Assembly: GCA_017656145.1 (NCBI GenBank)
Contig: JACDOI010000003.1
Coordinates: 35,974-99,973 of the forward strand
Length of the DNA: 64,000 bases
Source of the DNA: Bacillota bacterium
Lineage (GTDB): Bacteria > Bacillota > Limnochordia > Limnochordales > ZCTH02-B6
Direction of reading: 5' to 3'
Position numbers and translations under genes: made by a program. This document shows, one piece after another, positions 38,466 to 46,284 of this stretch. The notes beneath the pieces are model-generated. The model did not search any database and was not told the origin of the DNA. It saw nothing but the letters and a program-made list of their open reading frames with translations. Position 1 is the stretch's first letter; every line of letters starts with the position of its first letter.

Positions 38466-38603
38466 TTACCTCCGCAACAGCAGACTCATGTAGGAGTAGA
38501 CCCACAAGGCCACGATCACGCCTGCATACAGCAGCAAGATCGTCCAGGTGCCCTTGGGTGCCTCCATCGTGTTCTTGGATGACGGCGAGGTCCCGCGCGC
38601 CAT
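38466..38603 (-). CDS. ba3-type oxidase subunit IIa-like single-TM micro-protein
   Basis: 45 aa: MARGTSPSSKNTMEAPKGTWTILLLYAGVIVALWVYSYMSLLLRR. The (M)E-x-PKG + TM pattern resembles Thermus CbaD. The ATG at 38603 follows AAGGGGGTGA. Confidence 0.65.
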   Translation of the reverse strand: MARGTSPSSKNTMEAPKGTWTILLLYAGVIVALWVYSYMSLLLRR

Positions 38604-38662
38604 CGGCTCACCCCCTTTGATCGACTTGGCGATAGACGTACCGCCGAGCTCCGCATCTGGAG

Positions 38663-39379
38663 TCAGCGGGGGTAGCACACGAACAGATGAGCTGCCTCGA
38701 ACAAAACCCGACCGGCCCCTTCGGCTTCGTACTCGTTGATCAGCAGGCCGATGTCTCGGGTCAGCCGGTCGCTGGTCACGCTACGAACGCTGTAGCGGCC
38801 CCGAAGAATGCCGCGATCGTCCACCAGCACCACCGCGGGTTCATAGACGGCGCGGCCGTCTTCGGAAGCTCCTACATAGATCCCGAACCCCGCGCCAACG
38901 GCCATGCGCACCGCCACTGGCGCTCCCAAGAGCACCGGGACGCCGGCTCGGGACAGGACCGGAACCCGGCCGGCCAGGGAAGCTAAGGATTGCGGATCTT
39001 CGTTTTCCGGATCCGGCGTTATCCACGCCAGCTGCATCCGGTCCAGCCACCCCCGGGCGTCCGCCTCCTGCCAGATCCCTTCCAGCAGATGCGCCGCGGG
39101 GTGAATGGCCCGCTCGTCCCACGAAGCGGCGACGACGAACACGTTCACCGGCCGGGCCCGGTCGGGAAACCGGTACTCACCGCCCCGCTGATCTGCCATT
39201 TGAAACGGCGGGACAGCGTTCATGCGGGGCAACACTTGCACGGGCCGGGCCAGCGCAAAGTACAGCACCCCGGCGACGAGGGCGCCGGCCAGCACCAGCC
39301 CGACGGCCAGCGGTGCGGAAAGCCGCCTCGCTCTTGTCGTCTCTGGATTCGTCCCGGCTACCGCCGCATGGCCTTGCAC
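38663..39379 (-). CDS. SCO1/SenC-fold protein lacking the CxxxC and His copper ligands
   Basis: It aligns by eye with SCO proteins (PPFQMADQRGGEYRF; ITPDPENEDPQSL vs FSVDPENDKPKQL; VVLVDDRGILRGRY). The CxxxC position reads AASWDERA, and the conserved His region reads YEPA. Confidence 0.6.
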   Translation of the reverse strand: MQGHAAVAGTNPETTRARRLSAPLAVGLVLAGALVAGVLYFALARPVQVLPRMNAVPPFQMADQRGGEYRFPDRARPVNVFVVAASWDERAIHPAAHLLEGIWQEADARGWLDRMQLAWITPDPENEDPQSLASLAGRVPVLSRAGVPVLLGAPVAVRMAVGAGFGIYVGASEDGRAVYEPAVVLVDDRGILRGRYSVRSVTSDRLTRDIGLLINEYEAEGAGRVLFEAAHLFVCYPR

Positions 39380-39447
39380 GTTCCGGTACCCCCCAGGCGC
39401 GATTCACTGCGTTCTAAAGCAAGCGGCCGGTCCGCCGGCCTGGGCGC

Positions 39448-40023
39448 TCAGTGCCCGTGGCCTTCCGGACCGGCCGCTTCCATCCCTGGCGCCGCCAGCC
39501 GCACCGGCACGGCCAGCGTCAGCGCCCCGCCGCGGGCCAGTTCCAGCCGCAACTCTACGTGATCGCCTTCGTTCAAGTCCCTTGTAAGGCTCAACAACAT
39601 GACGTGCAGGCCGCCGGGCCGCAAGACGACGGTTTCACCTGCGGGCACCGTCAGCCCGGGAATGTGCTGCATCCGCACGGTCTGCACCGGTTTGCCGTCC
39701 ACGACCGCCATTTCCATTACCGTCTCGTGGATTTGCGCCATCGTCGCCGCGTCCGAGGAGCTACCTGTGATGGTCACGTCATCCTCCCCGGTGTTGGTGA
39801 CGGTGAAGTAGATGGCGGTGTTTTCCCCGGCTCGTGCGGGCCTGGCCCACGCGCCTTCCAGGTGCAGATGGACTTCTGAACCATCGGTATGGTTGCTACC
39901 GGTACCGGCGGCCGCCAGGCTCGCGCCCGGACCGGTCAGGGCGCCGAGCGCCCCCCAAACAGCCAACGCCAACACGGCCGCTGCGGCCCTGGCGATGCGT
40001 CCCCTCACCGGTTTCATGGGCAT
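39448..40023 (-). CDS. Periplasmic-type copper chaperone PCu(A)C (DUF461)
   Basis: Signal peptide followed by H-x-(n)-M...M-x-(n)-H-x-M pattern (IHETVMEM ... GGLHVMLL) and a His-rich C-terminus (EGHGH). The ATG at 40023 follows GGGGAGGAG. Confidence 0.8.
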   Translation of the reverse strand: MPMKPVRGRIARAAAAVLALAVWGALGALTGPGASLAAAGTGSNHTDGSEVHLHLEGAWARPARAGENTAIYFTVTNTGEDDVTITGSSSDAATMAQIHETVMEMAVVDGKPVQTVRMQHIPGLTVPAGETVVLRPGGLHVMLLSLTRDLNEGDHVELRLELARGGALTLAVPVRLAAPGMEAAGPEGHGH

Positions 40024-40089
40024 GCTCCTCCCCAGCGAATTAGAGAAAACGAGTTGTCGCAAAACCCTCACGAGCGCCGGCCGCCGCGG

Positions 40090-40710
40090 CTACAGCAGGA
40101 GCCGCAAGTCGGCGGCGATGTCTTTCGGCTCCACGCCAAACGGGTGGGCCAGCCGCAGCCGTCCCTTGGGGTCCACCACGTAGCTCAGCGCCGTGTGGTT
40201 GACCCAGTATCCCACGGGCGAGTTGTCATCTTCCACCACTTCCACATGCACGCCGTACTCTTCGAGGATCGGCGCGAGCTCTTCTTGGCTGCCCCACAGG
40301 CCGTAGAACGAGGAATCGAATCGCGCCACGTACTCCCGGAGCCGCTCCGGCGTATCGTACTCCGGGTCCACGGTGACGAACGCGAAACGGACTCGATCCG
40401 CCAGTGGACCGAGCTCCCGCTTGACCTGCGTATAGTAGATGAGTGTCGCCGGGCAAACGTCGGGGCAGTTGGTGTACCCGAAAAACAGAACGACCGCTCG
40501 ACCCTTTTGCTCTGCGAGGTCGAACCGGCGTCCGTACTGATCGGTCAAAACCAGCTCCGGCGCCTGCTGTGGCGGTTCAAGTACGAATCCGTGGAACGCG
40601 TCGGCTCCTACGGTCTGCCGCGCTTGCCAATACGTCCAGCCCAGTGCGCCCACGGCCGCCAGAATCGCTACCGCGACAAGCCCCAGCCACTTTCGGGCTG
40701 CTCGCTTCAA
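40090..40710 (-). CDS. SCO-family copper chaperone / thiol-disulfide protein
   Basis: TM anchor followed by FFGYTNCPDVCP (CxxxC), VTVDPEYDTPERL and NHTALSYVVDPKG (His ligand). TTG at 40710 follows GGGGGTGA. Confidence 0.85.
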   Translation of the reverse strand: MKRAARKWLGLVAVAILAAVGALGWTYWQARQTVGADAFHGFVLEPPQQAPELVLTDQYGRRFDLAEQKGRAVVLFFGYTNCPDVCPATLIYYTQVKRELGPLADRVRFAFVTVDPEYDTPERLREYVARFDSSFYGLWGSQEELAPILEEYGVHVEVVEDDNSPVGYWVNHTALSYVVDPKGRLRLAHPFGVEPKDIAADLRLLL

Positions 40711-40968
40711 ATCCGACTCACCCCCGTCCGAGATCGCTGTCGTGATCGGCCCTGCCACGCCCGGGGCTCCCCCTTCCCGGGGGCGGTCGAGACCAGATCC
40801 CACCGTGATCATCCCCGGAACAGCCCCCCAAGGGCAAGTTTCCTTTGTCCCCTGGCCCGTCGGGACATTTGACTCTCCAATCCGGAGGACGTCCGGCCCG
40901 AGAGGACCCCGCAAAGCGGCCGCCGAAAGCAGCCATACTGAAATCCGGGAAAAGGAGCGGACCAATCA

Positions 40969-41427
40969 ATGGCTCAACGAGGCATGTCGGTCACCGTCGG
41001 ATTCCGGGGCGGCATGGCATTTGAAAGCCGCGGCCCGTCAGGCCACGCGATCTTGCTGGACGCCGCCGCCGAGGCCGGCGGGGCCGATTCGGCCGCCCGG
41101 CCCATGGAGGCTCTGCTGGCGGCTTTGGGCAGCTGCAGCGGCATCGACGTTGTCCACATCCTGCGGAAAATGCGGATCCCCTTTGACGGGCTCGAGATCC
41201 GGATCGACGCGGCTCGCCGCGACGAGCACCCCCGCATTTTTACCGGCATCGACCTCGAGTACGTCGTCCGAGGACGCGGCTTGGCCGCCAAGCGGGCCCG
41301 GGTGGAAGAAGCTGTCCGGCTCTCGCAGGAAAAGTACTGCTCCGTAGCGGGAATGCTCCGGCCCGCGGCTGAGCTCCGCTACCGCGTGACGATTGAAGAT
41401 CCCGACGCCAACGAGGAGGAGAATTGA
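40969..41427 (+). CDS. OsmC/Ohr-family peroxiredoxin-like protein
   Basis: 152 aa with LLAALGSCSGIDVV and EKYCSVAGML, the two conserved Cys motifs. Confidence 0.85.
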   Translation: MAQRGMSVTVGFRGGMAFESRGPSGHAILLDAAAEAGGADSAARPMEALLAALGSCSGIDVVHILRKMRIPFDGLEIRIDAARRDEHPRIFTGIDLEYVVRGRGLAAKRARVEEAVRLSQEKYCSVAGMLRPAAELRYRVTIEDPDANEEEN

Positions 41428-41545
41428 CGGGGAAACGGCTCAACCGCCGGCGGAAAGCGAAAACCGGCGACCGCATCGGCCAAACGCTCCGGGCGGCCCC
41501 GGCCCCGGCGTCTGGCAAACGGCCGGTGCCGCCCGGAGCGCGAAG

Positions 41546-41788
41546 TCAATGGCCCTTGCTCACCACGTCGATGATCAAGCGCGCCAGCTCCTGTTGCTGC
41601 CGCTCGTCGGCCACTTCCCAAAGCTCCTTGAGGATGCGCTGCTCAGGATTTTGCGGGTCGACGTTGTTGGCAAGAAAATCGCCGATGGCCTCAGCCTTCT
41701 GGGCGATGTCCCGGTCGCTCATTCCCATGTGACGCCCCACGTCAACGGCCTGGGCCAGCGTCTGCCGCCATTGGGACCAGTCCTGCAT
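41546..41788 (-). CDS. DUF3243 (YmfJ-like) small protein
   Basis: MQDWSQWRQTLAQAVDVGRHMGMSDRDIAQKAEAIGDFLANNVDPQNPEQRILKELWEVADERQQQELARLII resembles B. subtilis YmfJ. Start taken at the ATG at 41788. Confidence 0.7.
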   Translation of the reverse strand: MQDWSQWRQTLAQAVDVGRHMGMSDRDIAQKAEAIGDFLANNVDPQNPEQRILKELWEVADERQQQELARLIIDVVSKGH

Positions 41789-42017
41789 CTGAAACTCCAA
41801 CCTACGGTCACCCCTTTGCCCCAAGAATTGTTCCTTGGGTAATGTCCCCACCCGCGCCTGCTCCTATGTGCCCTCGCTGTGCGGGGATCGTTTACCCCAT
41901 CACCTCATGGACCGTTCGCATCAAGCGCCGAACACAGCTTCGCCCGCGGCAGGATCCGACCGGCCCCCGGGGGAATTGATCGGCCGAAACGGCACGTGCC
42001 GCCAGGAGGTCCGCGGG

Positions 42018-44339
42018 ATGAACCTGGAGCAGGCGTTGGAATGGCTGAAGCAGGACCCTGGGTTCATGGCCGGAGTGACCCGCTGGGAGGTGCAGCCACC
42101 CCGGCCGGCCCGCTACGGCGGGTTTCCAGCGGGCCTGGAGCCCCGGCTCGTCGCCGCGTTGCGGGAACGGGGTGTGGACAACTTGTACGTCCACCAGACG
42201 GAAGCCGTGGCGGCCGCGCTCAGTGGCCATTCCGTCGCAGTGGTGACGCCCACCGCGTCAGGCAAGACGCTCTGCTACAACTTGCCTGTCTTGGACGCGA
42301 TCCTGAAGGAACCCGCTTCCCGGGCGCTGTACTTGTTTCCGACCAAGGCTTTGGCCCAAGATCAGCTCGGCGAACTTGAGGAGCTGTGCGGACAACTTGG
42401 GGCCGACATCCGCCCATACGTCTACGACGGCGACACGCCGGCCACTTTAAGGCCCCACATCCGCCAAGCGGGGCACATCGTGATCACCAATCCGGACATG
42501 CTGCACACCGGGATTTTGCCCCACCACACCCGCTGGGTCCGCCTGTTTGAAAATCTCAAGTACGTCGTCATCGACGAGCTGCACACCTACCGGGGCGTGT
42601 TCGGCTCCCACGTGGCCAACGTATTGCGCCGGCTGCGCCGCATATGCCGATTTTACGGCAGCGATCCGAGATTTTTGTGTGCGAGCGCCACCATCGCCAA
42701 CCCCAAGGAGCTCGCAGAGAAGCTCATCGGCGAACCGGTGCGCCTCGTCGACGACAACGGTGCGCCCCAGGGCGAAAAGCACTTCATTGTCTACAACCCG
42801 CCGGCGATTTCCCGCAACGGCCTGCGGGAACCATTGCTCAAAGCGGCCCGCCGGGTGGCCGGCCTGTTTTTGCGCCACGGGATCCAGACCATCGTGTTTG
42901 CCCGCTCGCGCCTGGCGACCGAAGTGCTGCTCACCTACTTGAAGGAAGATCTGGCCCGGGGAGCCTTGGGCGGCACGCCCCGGCACGACGGCGCGGTCCG
43001 CGGCTACCGTGGGGGGTATCTGCCCCGGGAGCGGCGGGAGATCGAGCAGGGACTGCGCAGCGGCCGGGTGCGGGGCGTGGTGAGCACCAACGCGCTGGAG
43101 CTCGGCATCGACGTGGGACAGCTTGAGGCGTGCGTCATGGCCGGATATCCGGGCACCATCGCCAGCGCGCGGCAGCAGGCGGGAAGAGCCGGCCGGCGCC
43201 GGGGCACGTCGGTGGCGGTCCTCGTCGCCTCCAACGGACCGTTGGACCAGTACATCGCCGCGCATCCCGAGTACATCACTGCGGGTTCGCCGGAGCACGC
43301 CCTGATCAATCCTGACAACTTGATGATCCTGGTGAGCCACATCAAGTGCGCCGCGTTCGAACTGCCGTTCCGGGAAGGGGAAGCGTTCGGCGTCGATCCG
43401 GCCGGAACGGAAGAAATTCTCAGCTACCTGCAAGATGAGCGGGTCGTCCACCGGGCCGGTAACCAATGGCATTGGATGAGCGAAAGCTTCCCGGCCCAGG
43501 AGGTCTCGCTGCGCAGTGCGAGCAGCGAAAACTTCGTCATCGTCGACACGACCGGGCCAAAGCACCAGGTCATCGGCGAAACCGACCGCCTCGCGGCCAT
43601 GACCATGCTGCACACGCACGCTATCTACATCCACGAAGGCCAACAGTACCTGGTGGATCGGCTGGACTGGGACGAACGACGGGCCCACGTGCACAAGGTC
43701 AACGTCGATTATTACACGGACGCGAACCTGGCCGTCGCCGTCCGAGTGCTCGACGTGATGCGGCAAGGGACCGTGGGCCGCTTGGAACAGCGGTTCGGCG
43801 AAGTGATGACCGTTTGCAAGGCTACCGTGTTCAAAAAGGTGAAGCTCCACACCCACGAGAACGTCGGCTGGGGCGAAATCCACTTGCCTGAGGAAGAAAT
43901 GCATACCGCGGCGTGCTGGCTTGAGGTGCCGGACGACGTTGCGAACCAGTTTGCCCCGGACGAATTGCAGTCAGCCCTCGTAGGCACCGCGCACCTGCTT
44001 GAGTCGCTGGCACCGGTGTTTCTCATGTGCGACCCGCGGGATTTGCGGGCCACGGTGCACGTGCGGGCCCCTCATAGCCAGCGGCCCACGGTGTACTTGT
44101 ACGACGCGTATCCAGGCGGCATCGGCCTGGCCGACAAGGCGTACGACCTCTTTGACGCGATGCTCGCCGCGTGTTTGCGGCAGGTGTCGCGCTGCGGATG
44201 CGAAAACGGCTGCCCCGCCTGCGTCGGCCCCGACGCCGGCGGGCGAACCCCGACGGTACGCCTGCTGTCGATGGCGCTGGGGACGCGAGCGCAAAGAACG
44301 CCCATCGCGAAGGAGACGGACCGGCGTGAATCTGCGTGA
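42018..44339 (+). CDS. mrfA: DEAD/DEAH-box helicase with C-terminal DUF1998 Zn-Cys domain (MrfA/YprA-like)
   Basis: Walker A TPTASGKT, DEAH-box VIDELH, motif VI QQAGRAGRR, C-terminal CGCENGCPACV. The ATG at 42018 follows CCAGGAGG. Confidence 0.85.
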   Translation: MNLEQALEWLKQDPGFMAGVTRWEVQPPRPARYGGFPAGLEPRLVAALRERGVDNLYVHQTEAVAAALSGHSVAVVTPTASGKTLCYNLPVLDAILKEPASRALYLFPTKALAQDQLGELEELCGQLGADIRPYVYDGDTPATLRPHIRQAGHIVITNPDMLHTGILPHHTRWVRLFENLKYVVIDELHTYRGVFGSHVANVLRRLRRICRFYGSDPRFLCASATIANPKELAEKLIGEPVRLVDDNGAPQGEKHFIVYNPPAISRNGLREPLLKAARRVAGLFLRHGIQTIVFARSRLATEVLLTYLKEDLARGALGGTPRHDGAVRGYRGGYLPRERREIEQGLRSGRVRGVVSTNALELGIDVGQLEACVMAGYPGTIASARQQAGRAGRRRGTSVAVLVASNGPLDQYIAAHPEYITAGSPEHALINPDNLMILVSHIKCAAFELPFREGEAFGVDPAGTEEILSYLQDERVVHRAGNQWHWMSESFPAQEVSLRSASSENFVIVDTTGPKHQVIGETDRLAAMTMLHTHAIYIHEGQQYLVDRLDWDERRAHVHKVNVDYYTDANLAVAVRVLDVMRQGTVGRLEQRFGEVMTVCKATVFKKVKLHTHENVGWGEIHLPEEEMHTAACWLEVPDDVANQFAPDELQSALVGTAHLLESLAPVFLMCDPRDLRATVHVRAPHSQRPTVYLYDAYPGGIGLADKAYDLFDAMLAACLRQVSRCGCENGCPACVGPDAGGRTPTVRLLSMALGTRAQRTPIAKETDRRESA

Positions 44340-45687
44340 CCGGCTGCGCCTGTTGCGCCCGGGGACCACGCCCCGGTCCGCTCCACCGGGGAGCGTTTCA
44401 CCGGGCACCGTTTCGGCTTTGCCAGGCTTGCCGGGCCCTCCTTTCCTACCGGAACGTGCCCACCGCGGCGATCTAGCGGGCCGCCCCGTCGCGACACCGC
44501 TGGGAGAGGCATTTTGCTTGGAAGAAGCGTATCCCCGGACCTACCGGCACGGCCGGATCCCGCTTGACGCATATCTCGCGGTGCCGCCCCATGGATGGGC
44601 CCGGTTGCTGTCAAACCCTTCGTGGTCCGGCTTTCCGGCCCCCGATGCCGTCTTTCTCGACTTGGAGACGACAGGCCTGGGCCGGGGTACGGGGACGTAC
44701 GCCTTTCTTATCGGCATCGGCCGGTTTACGCCCGACGGTTTCGTCGTTCGCCAGTATCTCATGCGGGATTACCGCGAGGAGCCGGCCGTCCTGGCCGCGG
44801 TGCGGGAAGAACTGGCAAGGGCTCGGGCGCTTGTGACCTTCAACGGCCGCAGTTTCGACTGGCCCCTGCTGGAGAACCGGGCCATTTTGAACCGCATGGA
44901 GTTGCCGTCCTTGCCCCATTTGGATTTGTTGTACCCCGCCCGCAAGGTGTGGCGGCCGCTCAACGCCGGCTGCCGGCTGGCGCAGCTGGAAAAGACAGTG
45001 CTGCGGGCCGGGCGGGAAGCCGACGTGCCTGGTTGGCTCATCCCGCAGCTGTATTTCCGCGCCGTTCGCACCGGCGATCTGGGGCACCTTGCCGGCGTGG
45101 CGGAGCACAACCGGCTGGATATTTTGGCCATGGCGGCACTGGCCGGATACCTGGGCCATGCGGCAGCCGATCCCCTCGCGGCCCGCCCGGGAGGCGAACC
45201 TCTTCTCGGCCCCGAGCTATATGCGCTGGGACGGCTTTTCGTGCGGCAAGGACCGCTGGATGTCGGCATCGCGTGCTTGGAGGAGGCCATCGCCCGGGGA
45301 CTTCCCCCGGACTTGCGCCGGGACGGCTACCGGACGCTGGCCCGCACCTTGCGCCGGGAGGCCCAGGATCGGCGGGCTGAGGCGGTGCTGCTTTCCTGGG
45401 CCCGGGAAGACCCGCTCTCCCCGGGGCCCTGCATCGAGCTGGCCAAACATTACGAACACCGCGCCCGGGACTTGGAAGCAGCCCGGACGTGGACGCTGCG
45501 GGCCCTTGACCTCATCCGCCGGCGGCGGTTGCTTCAGGGCTTCGGCGTTGCCGGATGCGGCGGTCCCAGCCCGGAAAGATCCGAAGGGGAATTGGCGGCG
45601 GTTGTTCACCGGCTCCGGCGCATAGAGGAAAAACTGGCCGCGACGACCGCGCGGCGCTCTTCAGATTTGCTTGAGGCCATTCGATGA
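44326..45687 (+). CDS. mrfB: RNase H-like/DnaQ-fold exonuclease with TPR-like C-terminus (MrfB/YprB-like)
   Basis: VFLDLETTGL (exo I) and HNRLDILAMAAL (exo III). The GTG at 44326 overlaps the mrfA 3' end. The gene order matches B. subtilis yprA-yprB. Confidence 0.75.
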   Translation: MNLRDRLRLLRPGTTPRSAPPGSVSPGTVSALPGLPGPPFLPERAHRGDLAGRPVATPLGEAFCLEEAYPRTYRHGRIPLDAYLAVPPHGWARLLSNPSWSGFPAPDAVFLDLETTGLGRGTGTYAFLIGIGRFTPDGFVVRQYLMRDYREEPAVLAAVREELARARALVTFNGRSFDWPLLENRAILNRMELPSLPHLDLLYPARKVWRPLNAGCRLAQLEKTVLRAGREADVPGWLIPQLYFRAVRTGDLGHLAGVAEHNRLDILAMAALAGYLGHAAADPLAARPGGEPLLGPELYALGRLFVRQGPLDVGIACLEEAIARGLPPDLRRDGYRTLARTLRREAQDRRAEAVLLSWAREDPLSPGPCIELAKHYEHRARDLEAARTWTLRALDLIRRRRLLQGFGVAGCGGPSPERSEGELAAVVHRLRRIEEKLAATTARRSSDLLEAIR

Positions 45688-45747
45688 TCTGGTTAAAAAA
45701 CCGCTGCCGCGCTCGTCTTCCGCGGCGCAGTCATGGGGGGATGACGT

Positions 45748-46284
45748 TTGGCAAGGCAAATCGAAGTTCCGGAGAATCCGCTGGCGCATGGACTGTTTGC
45801 CACCACCCGCTTCGCATGGCTCTGGACGGTCCTGCGGATCTACCTCGGATGGGTGTGGTTCCGGTCGGGATGGGGCAAGGTCGGCAACCCGGCGTGGATG
45901 GAAACCGGCCAGGCGCTCCGGGGCTATTGGACCAGCGCCATTCAAGTGGAGCCCCGGGCTCCCATCGCGTACGACTGGTACCGGAGCTTCATCGAATTTC
46001 TCCTTGAGGGCGGTCACTACGGCTGGTTCGCGAAACTGGTGGTCATCGGCGAAATCCTTGTCGGCATCGCCCTCATCCTGGGCGCGTTCACCGGCATCGC
46101 CGCGTTCTGGGGCGGCTTTATGAACTTCAACTTCATGATGGCCGGCACCGCCAGCACCAATCCGCTGCTTTATACCATCTCGATCCTCCTCATGCTCGCC
46201 TGGAAAGTCGCGGGATACTACGGCCTGGATCGGTGGCTGTTGCCGTGGCTTGGGACACCTTGGGGACACATCCGGTCAAGATGA
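45748..46284 (+). CDS. DoxX-family membrane protein
   Basis: 178 aa with 4 predicted helices (RFAWLWTVLRIYLGWVWFRSGWGK ...). TTG start after GGGGGGA. Confidence 0.65.
   Translation: MARQIEVPENPLAHGLFATTRFAWLWTVLRIYLGWVWFRSGWGKVGNPAWMETGQALRGYWTSAIQVEPRAPIAYDWYRSFIEFLLEGGHYGWFAKLVVIGEILVGIALILGAFTGIAAFWGGFMNFNFMMAGTASTNPLLYTISILLMLAWKVAGYYGLDRWLLPWLGTPWGHIRSR

Noticed and set aside
42447-43904. 485-aa ORF antisense to the mrfA-like helicase
   Set aside because: Shadow ORF for the same reasons, since all the helicase motifs are in the plus frame.
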